Part shown: positions 57,404 to 64,000 of the stretch, piece after piece
Layout of the letters: each line of letters begins with the position of its first letter
Position numbering within the stretch: the first letter of the stretch is position 1
Position numbers and translations under genes: made by a program
Assembly (NCBI GenBank): GCA_038128265.1
Contig: JAYPJE010000003.1
Span: forward strand, 1 to 64,000
DNA length: 64,000 nt
Origin: Gemmatimonadota bacterium
GTDB taxonomy: Bacteria > Latescibacterota > UBA2968 > UBA8231
Direction of reading: 5' to 3'
Notes under the pieces: model-generated
Told to the model about the DNA's origin: nothing
What the model saw: only the letters and a program-made list of their open reading frames with translations
The model's database searches: none

Positions 57404-57453
57404 TCCGCCTCTTTGCACACCCTCCCGTCTGGGGGCATGTGCAAAGAGGCGGA
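57404..57453. terminator. Long hairpin between convergent GSDH and uvrB genes
   Basis: TCCGCCTCTTTGCACA...TGTGCAAAGAGGCGGA 16-bp stem. Confidence 0.7.
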
Positions 57454-57459
57454 TACGCG

Positions 57460-59445
57460 CTAGGCCTCTTTGAGGCGCGTTATTTCATCGCGCAAATGGG
57501 CCGCCTTTTCAAAGTCCAGCTTGGCAGCGGCTGCCTTCATCTGCTTTTCCAAATCAGCCAATAGCTCTTCGACGTTTTCCGACCCATCGTATTCTACCTT
57601 CTCTTCTGCCACCACCGAACTGGCCGCACCGCGCACGCTCTCCAGCACAGAAGAAGCCTGGAGAATCTCTTCGCGACTGCGGTAAATGGTCTCCGGCACG
57701 ATGCCGTGCTCGGCGTTAAACGCCTCCTGCTTTTCGCGCCGGCGGTTGGTCTCGTCGATAGCCCGCTGCATGGAGTTGGTCACGCGATCGGCGTAGAAAA
57801 TTACGCGCCCATCGGCGTTGCGCGCAGCGCGACCAATCGTCTGTATAAGCGCCTGTTCCGAGCGCAAAAAGCCCTCCTTGTCGGCGTCGAGAATGGCCAC
57901 CAGCGACACCTCGGGCAGATCCAACCCCTCGCGCAGCAGGTTGATACCCACCAGCACGTCAAAGGCCCCCAGGCGCAGGTCGCGCAGAATTTCAACGCGG
58001 TCGAGCGTATCGATGTCGGAGTGCAGATAGCGCACGCGCACGTCCATCTGCTCCAAGTAGTCCGTCAAGTTTTCCGCCATGCGCTTGGTCAGCGTCGTAA
58101 CCAGCACGCGCTCCTGGCGCTCGGCGCGCCGGCGGATCTCTTCCATCAGATCGTCGATTTGCCCCGCCAATGGACGCACGTCGATCTGCGGATCGACTAG
58201 CCCCGTTGGACGGATAACCTGCTCGACGATCACGCCGCCCGATTTTTTCAGCTCGTAGTCGCTCGGCGTGGCCGACACAAAGACCGTCCAGCCCATCTGC
58301 CCTTCGAATTCCTCAAATACCAGCGGACGGTTGTCAAAGGCCGACGGCAGGCGGAAACCGTGTTCGATCAGCGTTTCCTTGCGCGAGCGGTCACCGCGCC
58401 ACATACCACGCACCTGTGGAACCGTCACGTGGGATTCGTCGATGATCAGCAGATAGTCGTCGGGAAAGTAGTCCAACAGCGTCCACGGCTGGGCACCGGC
58501 TTCGCGCCCATCCATATAGCGCGTGTAGTTTTCGATTCCGGGACAAAAGCCCACTTCCTTAATCATCTCGACGTCGTATTTAGTGCGCGTTTCCAGCCGG
58601 TGCGCCTCCACCAGCTTCTCATTGCCGCGCAAGTCGAGCACGCGCCCCTCTAATTCCGTGAGAATGCCATCACAGGCGCGCTCTACCTGCTCATCGCCCG
58701 TCACGTAGGCCTTGGCCGGAAAGAGCGCGGCATATTCGCGCTGCTCCAAAGTCTCGCCCGTTAGCGCATCAACGATGGAAATTGCATCCACCTCGTCGCC
58801 AAATAGCTCAATGCGCAGCGCCTTGTCTTCCGAAGCGGGCACGACTTCGATAACGTCGCCGCGCACGCGAAAACAGCCGCGCTGCAGTTCGAGATCGTTG
58901 CGCCTGTAGTAAATATCAATCAGGTGGCGCAGAATTTCGTCCCGTTCGACCACATCGCCCCGGCGCAGTTCGAACTTCTGGCTATCGTAGTCCTTGGGCG
59001 CACCAATGCCGTAAATGCAGGAGACGGTGGCCACAATCACCACGTCGCGCCGCTGCAGCAACGACGAGATCGACTTGAGCCGCAGGCGATCTATTTCCTC
59101 GTTGAGCTGCACCTCTTTTTCTATGTAGGTGTCCGTGCTCGGCTTGTAGGCTTCCGGCTGGTAGTAATCGTAGTAGCTGACAAAGTATTCGACCGCATTG
59201 TTGGGAAAATAGCCCCGAAATTCGCCGTAGAGCTGAGCGGCCAGCGTCTTGTTGTGCGAGATGATCAGGGCCGGCATCTGCAGCTCCTGAATCACATTGG
59301 CCATGGTGAAGGTCTTGCCGCTGCCGGTGACGCCAAGCAGCGTTTGAAACTGCTGCCCCTCGCGGATGCCGCCAGTTAATTCACCGATGGCGCGCGGCTG
59401 GTCACCGCGCGGTTTGTAGTCGGATATGAGCTCAAAGCGATCCAT
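57460..59445 (-). CDS. uvrB: Excinuclease ABC subunit B
   Basis: [38 protein letters not shown]-terminal UVR domain. Confidence 0.98.
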   Translation of the reverse strand: MDRFELISDYKPRGDQPRAIGELTGGIREGQQFQTLLGVTGSGKTFTMANVIQELQMPALIISHNKTLAAQLYGEFRGYFPNNAVEYFVSYYDYYQPEAYKPSTDTYIEKEVQLNEEIDRLRLKSISSLLQRRDVVIVATVSCIYGIGAPKDYDSQKFELRRGDVVERDEILRHLIDIYYRRNDLELQRGCFRVRGDVIEVVPASEDKALRIELFGDEVDAISIVDALTGETLEQREYAALFPAKAYVTGDEQVERACDGILTELEGRVLDLRGNEKLVEAHRLETRTKYDVEMIKEVGFCPGIENYTRYMDGREAGAQPWTLLDYFPDDYLLIIDESHVTVPQVRGMWRGDRSRKETLIEHGFRLPSAFDNRPLVFEEFEGQMGWTVFVSATPSDYELKKSGGVIVEQVIRPTGLVDPQIDVRPLAGQIDDLMEEIRRRAERQERVLVTTLTKRMAENLTDYLEQMDVRVRYLHSDIDTLDRVEILRDLRLGAFDVLVGINLLREGLDLPEVSLVAILDADKEGFLRSEQALIQTIGRAARNADGRVIFYADRVTNSMQRAIDETNRRREKQEAFNAEHGIVPETIYRSREEILQASSVLESVRGAASSVVAEEKVEYDGSENVEELLADLEKQMKAAAAKLDFEKAAHLRDEITRLKEA

Positions 59446-59466
59446 TTATTCTCCCCAGTGCAGCTG

Positions 59467-59495
59467 AATCTAGCCGGCCCATACCGGCTTGTCAA
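59467..59495 (-). promoter_or_regulatory. sigma70-type promoter for uvrB
   Basis: TTGACA-17-TAGATT with AGCCGG/CCGGCT dyad in the spacer. Confidence 0.6.
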
Positions 59496-59643
59496 CACAG
59501 CACCTGCCATGCGCATACCAACCCATAAACAGACATAATGTCACAATCGTAAGTAATTATGACATTGCTACCCATCTAAGACTGGCCGGACAGAATTCAA
59601 ATTAAGCCATTAAAAAACAATATATTAAAAACCATTCGGCCAT

Positions 59644-59660
59644 TTGGTACACTCCTTGCT
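59644..59660 (+). promoter_or_regulatory. sigma54 (-24/-12) promoter for dnaK
   Basis: TTGGTACACTCCTTGCT = GG-N10-GC; IHF-like AAACAATATATTA at 59615-59627. Confidence 0.75.
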
Positions 59661-59708
59661 ATCCATAAGCAGTCCTATGATAATGACTGACTGAGAAAGG
59701 AATACACC

Positions 59709-61616
59709 ATGGGTAAGGTTATAGGCATCGATCTGGGCACGACCAACTCGTGTGTCGCCGTAATGGACGGCGGCAATCCCGAAGTTATTTCCAATGCGGA
59801 AGGCGGCCGCACGACCCCGTCGATGGTCGGCTTTGCCAAAGACGGCGAACGGCTGGTAGGCCAAACGGCCAAGCGCCAAGCCGTTACCAATCCGACCAAG
59901 ACCATCTTCTCGGTCAAGCGCTTTATGGGGCGGCGCTTTGACGAAGTAGAAACGGAGATCAACGAAGTTCCCTACACCGTGGCAAAAGGTTCACGCGACC
60001 AGGCCGTCGTGCAGATCGACGACAAGGAATACAATCCGCCGGAAATTTCGGCGATGATCCTCCAGAAGATGAAGCAGACGGCGGAAGATTTTTTAGGCCA
60101 GACCGTCGACCGCGCAGTAATCACCGTACCCGCCTACTTCAACGATTCACAGCGCCAAGCCACCAAAGACGCCGGCACGATCGCCGGTCTCGAAGTCATG
60201 CGCATCGTCAACGAGCCTACGGCCGCAGCACTGGCCTACGGACTGGACAAGGTTGGCAGCAACGAGAAGATCGCCGTGTACGACCTAGGCGGCGGCACGT
60301 TTGACATCTCCATACTGGAATTGGGCGATGGCGTATTCGAAGTCAAGTCCACCAACGGCGATACCCACCTGGGCGGCGACGATTTTGACCAGAAAATTAT
60401 CGACTGGCTCGCAGGGGAATTCCAAACGGCCGAAGGCATTGATTTGCGCAAAGACCCCATGGCCCTGCAGCGCCTTAAAGAGGCGGCGGAAAAAGCAAAG
60501 TGCGAGCTTTCCTCCTCTACGCAGACCGAGATTAATCTGCCCTTCATTACCGCCGACCAGTCGGGCCCCAAGCACCTGCAGACCAGCCTGAGTCGCGCCC
60601 AGTTTGAGCGCATCGTGGCCGACCTAGTCGAGCGCACCAAGAAACCCTGCATTCAAGCGCTCGCCGACGCCGAACTATCCGCTTCCGAGATTGACCAGGT
60701 TATTTTGGTCGGCGGCTCAACGCGTATGCCCAAAATTCAGGAGGCGGTTCGCGAAGTCTTTGGCAAAGAGCCGCACAGGGGCGTCAATCCGGACGAAGTT
60801 GTTGCGATGGGCGCCGCCATACAGGCCGGCGTGCTGGCGGGTGAAGTCGAAGACGTGCTGCTACTCGACGTAACGCCCCTATCGCTCGGCATCGAGACCA
60901 TGGGCGGCGTTATGACCAAGCTCATCGAGCGCAATACGACGATACCGACAAAGAAGAGCCAGGTCTTTTCCACCGCCTCCGACAATCAGCCCTCCGTCGA
61001 AGTACACGTGCTGCAAGGCGATCGCGAGTTTGCCAACGACAATCGCAGCTTGGGCCGCTTCCACCTCGACGGCATTCCCTCGGCACCGCGCGGCATGCCG
61101 CAGATCGAGGTGACCTTCGACATCGACGCCAACGGCATTCTCAACGTGTCGGCCAAGGATAAGGGCACCAACAAAGAGCAGTCCATTCGCATTGAGGCCT
61201 CGTCCGGCCTCGACCAGAGCGAGATCGAGCGCATGCAAAAGGACGCCGAAGCCCATGCAGGCGAGGACAAGCAGCGCCGCGAGACGGTCGATCGCCGCAA
61301 CGAAGCCGACCAGCTCGTCTACGCAACGGAAAAATCGCTCAGCGAACACGGCGACAAAATCTCTGAGGACGAGAAGAGCGCCGTCGAAGAAGCGCTTGGC
61401 GCCTTGAAAAAGGCGCTCGAGGACAACGATGATGAAGCGATCAAGAGCGGCTTGGAAACGCTCCAGCAGGCGTCGCATAAGCTGGCCGAAGCCATCTATA
61501 AGGATGCTCAGGCCCAACAGCAGGCCGAAGCCCCGAACGGCAACGCTGCGGCTGGTGGCGGCGACGACGGCGCGGTTGACGCCGATTACGAGGTCGTAGA
61601 AGACGACAAAAAATAG
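59709..61616 (+). CDS. dnaK: Molecular chaperone DnaK
   Basis: [38 protein letters not shown]-terminal VDADYE. Confidence 0.99.
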   Translation: MGKVIGIDLGTTNSCVAVMDGGNPEVISNAEGGRTTPSMVGFAKDGERLVGQTAKRQAVTNPTKTIFSVKRFMGRRFDEVETEINEVPYTVAKGSRDQAVVQIDDKEYNPPEISAMILQKMKQTAEDFLGQTVDRAVITVPAYFNDSQRQATKDAGTIAGLEVMRIVNEPTAAALAYGLDKVGSNEKIAVYDLGGGTFDISILELGDGVFEVKSTNGDTHLGGDDFDQKIIDWLAGEFQTAEGIDLRKDPMALQRLKEAAEKAKCELSSSTQTEINLPFITADQSGPKHLQTSLSRAQFERIVADLVERTKKPCIQALADAELSASEIDQVILVGGSTRMPKIQEAVREVFGKEPHRGVNPDEVVAMGAAIQAGVLAGEVEDVLLLDVTPLSLGIETMGGVMTKLIERNTTIPTKKSQVFSTASDNQPSVEVHVLQGDREFANDNRSLGRFHLDGIPSAPRGMPQIEVTFDIDANGILNVSAKDKGTNKEQSIRIEASSGLDQSEIERMQKDAEAHAGEDKQRRETVDRRNEADQLVYATEKSLSEHGDKISEDEKSAVEEALGALKKALEDNDDEAIKSGLETLQQASHKLAEAIYKDAQAQQQAEAPNGNAAAGGGDDGAVDADYEVVEDDKK

Positions 61617-61632
61617 TCCCCGTCAGAACGCG

Positions 61633-61669
61633 TGCGGGGGATGCCATATGGCATCCCCCGCATTTTTTT
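61633..61669 (+). terminator. Intrinsic terminator after dnaK
   Basis: TGCGGGGGATGCC-ATAT-GGCATCCCCCGCA followed by a T-run. Confidence 0.9.
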
Positions 61670-61691
61670 GCCGCATGCTGCGCACTCTGAC

Positions 61692-62729
61692 TCAGCCATC
61701 GGCAGGCATGAACATCAGCTTGATACCTTCCTGGGCTTCTGCTAGCGAAAACGCCTGCTCCCACTCGGATAGGCGCAGGTGATGGGTAATCAGTTTTTCA
61801 CTGGGAATGCGTCCGTTCTCCATCAGGCGCAATGCGCGCTTCCACGCCGGCCGCCGCTGGCCGATGCCCCCGCTAACCTGGAGTTCCTTGTAGGCGATCT
61901 GCTCGAAGTCAATTTCTATGGGTTTACCCGGTAAGCCCATCAGCGATACGCGTCCCCGCTTACGCACCAATTCCAACGCGAGGCGCATGGCCGGCGCCGC
62001 GCCGGCACACTCGACCACCACATCAGCTCCGTACCCATCGGTTAACGCGCGGATGCGTTCGACCGGGTCGCAGGCGTCGATATTGACGACGTGCTGGACG
62101 CCCAGCTCTTCGGCCAGACGCAGTCGCTGCTCGTCTCGCTGCGTCCCAAATAAGACGACGGTTCCTCCCTCAGCCAGTGCCACCAACGCCGCAAATAGCC
62201 CCACGGGCCCCGGTCCGGTGATCGCCACGATATCACCGGCAACTACACCGGCCTGTTCGATGACAGAGTGAACACAGCAGGCGAGCAGCTCCGTCAGCGC
62301 GCCGGCCTCAAATCCCACCGATTCCGGCAGCTTGTGCACAAAGGTCGCATCGCAGTAGGGTGCAAAACAGCCGTCGTGCCAGTAACCCATAACTTTGCGC
62401 TCGGGACACAGATTGTAGTGTTCGGAAAGGCAGTAGTCGCAGCGTCCGCAAATGTCTATACTCGGCTCGCCCGTAACGCGATCGCCCACCGAAACGTGCT
62501 CGCCTACGTCGGCGCCCTTCTCGACAACTACACCACTGAACTCATGCCCCATGACCACCGGCGTGCGAATATTGTAGTTTATTGTGTCGTGGTAAACGTG
62601 CAGGTCCGACCCACAAATTCCCGTCGCACGCACTTCGATACGCACCTGGTTGGCCGGCAGGGCACGCTCTTCAATAGCGCGCAACGCAACGTGCCCACTC
62701 CCGCGCTCATATTTAATCACTCCCTGCAT
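61692..62729 (-). CDS. Zinc-binding alcohol dehydrogenase (sorbitol/threonine dehydrogenase-like MDR)
   Basis: GICGSDLH, GHEFSG, CGRCDYC..YNLC, GPGPVG. Confidence 0.93.
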   Translation of the reverse strand: MQGVIKYERGSGHVALRAIEERALPANQVRIEVRATGICGSDLHVYHDTINYNIRTPVVMGHEFSGVVVEKGADVGEHVSVGDRVTGEPSIDICGRCDYCLSEHYNLCPERKVMGYWHDGCFAPYCDATFVHKLPESVGFEAGALTELLACCVHSVIEQAGVVAGDIVAITGPGPVGLFAALVALAEGGTVVLFGTQRDEQRLRLAEELGVQHVVNIDACDPVERIRALTDGYGADVVVECAGAAPAMRLALELVRKRGRVSLMGLPGKPIEIDFEQIAYKELQVSGGIGQRRPAWKRALRLMENGRIPSEKLITHHLRLSEWEQAFSLAEAQEGIKLMFMPADG

Positions 62730-63093
62730 TGTGCAATCCTTTCTATCCGCTGCGGCCGAACGCGCTATAGACGAACCCTAAACTTGCCTGCAACACGCAC
62801 TTCCGATCGACATAATCCCCAGGCACACGGGCTGCCTTTGATCTTGTTCTCCATAGAACTTTCGGCCAACTGTAGAAATAGTTATCTTATTTGAGCATTT
62901 TAGATAAATAGATTTCTTTTCTCTTTTTTAATACTTTGTTACCTTGATATAGGCCATAAGCACAACCATACATCGTGAATGTGCCAATGGAGACAAAAAC
63001 GAGTGACTATATACCCACAAAGAGAGCCCTTGTGCGCGACTGTTTTGCGAGTGTCCCCCCTTAAGATGCGATCACTATAGTAAGCATTCCACT

Positions 63094-63645
63094 GTGACTC
63101 TTTTGCGCTGTATCCTCCCCATCCTCTTCGCTCTGACTGCCGTGCTGTGCGCCCCCTCGTCGGCTCAAAGCCCTTCTGAGCACCAGGTTAAGGCCGCTTT
63201 CCTGTACAACTTTGCCAACTTCGTAGAGTGGCCCTCTTCTGCGCTTGACGACACGTCTTCTATCGTCATCGGTATTCTCGGGGAAGACCCCTTTGGCCAG
63301 GTATTTACTCCCTTTGAAAACCGCTCAGTAAAAGGCCATCCCCTGCGTATCATCCACTCAAAGCTACTGCAGGAGCTTCCCTTCTGCCACATTCTTTTCA
63401 TCAGTTCTTCAGAGGAAAAAAATCTACCGCAAATTTTCCAATATCTTAGCGATAGACCCGTCCTGACCGTCGGCGAATCCGTTGGTTTTGCCCAGCGCGG
63501 CGGAGCGATTAACTTCGTGATGAAAAATAAAAAAGTGCGATTTGAAATCAACCAGCAGCGCGCGGGAAAGGCCGATTTGAAGATCAGTTCTAAGCTACTC
63601 AAACTCGCATCGATCGTCGAGGACGCACCGGAGTATATAGATTAA
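63094..63645 (+). CDS. YfiR-family (DUF4154) periplasmic protein
   Basis: Signal peptide; EHQVKAAFLYNFANFVEWP, GEDPF, CHILFI, ISSKLLKLA. Confidence 0.9.
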   Translation: MTLLRCILPILFALTAVLCAPSSAQSPSEHQVKAAFLYNFANFVEWPSSALDDTSSIVIGILGEDPFGQVFTPFENRSVKGHPLRIIHSKLLQELPFCHILFISSSEEKNLPQIFQYLSDRPVLTVGESVGFAQRGGAINFVMKNKKVRFEINQQRAGKADLKISSKLLKLASIVEDAPEYID

Positions 63646-64000
63646 TGGTCTCTTTCCGCGACGTATCAATTAAGCGCAAATTAACCACCATTATCCTGCT
63701 TTCTAGCAGTATTGCGCTCATTCTCTCCTGTGCCGCATTGGCCACCTACGATTGGATTTCCTCCGAGCGCGCGCTCGTCAATCGCATCGGTACAATGGCC
63801 GAGATAATCGGTCTCAACAGCACGGCGGCCCTGGCGTTCGACAGCGCCGAAGACGCACAAGAGACGCTTTCGGCCCTCCGCGTAGAACAGCATGTTGTGG
63901 CCGCTTATATCTACGATGCCGACGGCGCCCTCTTCGCCACGTATGCAGTCTCGGAACGGGCTTTTACTCCCACGAGCATGGGCGAAGACAGCCACTCTTT
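63645..64000 (+). CDS. Membrane sensor with CHASE8-like domain (kinase or cyclase), truncated at the window end
   Basis: Not in the ORF track. ATG at 63645 overlaps the yfiR stop; reads MVSFRDVSIKRKL..TM..NSTAALAFD..AQETLSAL..AAYIYD..GALFATY. Confidence 0.8.
   Translation, partial: MVSFRDVSIKRKLTTIILLSSSIALILSCAALATYDWISSERALVNRIGTMAEIIGLNSTAALAFDSAEDAQETLSALRVEQHVVAAYIYDADGALFATYAVSERAFTPTSMGEDSHS

Noticed and set aside
62970..62987. TTGGCAC on the minus strand upstream of the alcohol dehydrogenase as a sigma54 promoter
   Set aside because: GG-N10 is followed by AT, not GC.

Overview
GC-rich (visually about 60%) bacterial chromosome segment, densely coding, with no transposase, integrase, prophage, CRISPR array or rRNA that I can support. 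The gene mix (PhyH, IolE-like, Ldh_2, MFS-HEAT, FCB-style TPR lipoprotein) suggests a Gram-negative FCB-group lineage such as Latescibacterota; this is inference only. Recognisable housekeeping genes are a partial tRNA-Gly, greA, sbcD, sbcC, zapA, infC, rplC, pyrK, pyrD, carB, nnr, galU, uvrB and dnaK, many of them detached from their usual operons. Best candidate for an undescribed system (197-3259): a GAF-GAF-PAS sigma54 activator whose 3' end overlaps TCTCA-N4-TGAGA enhancer-like dyads, followed by an IHF-like site and a -24/-12 promoter in front of a 133-aa protein built from three C-x4-C-x9-C-x2-H repeats. Other notable items: a probably inactive, clamp-binding DinB paralogue at the end of an sbcDC-ygfZ operon; a divergent RidA-fold protein; a sigma54-type promoter on a lone dnaK; leader terminators before greA and carB; and CinA/NadD, TPR/TonB-C, MFS/HEAT and MerR/REC fusions. 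All calls come from reading motifs by eye; no database searches were run.
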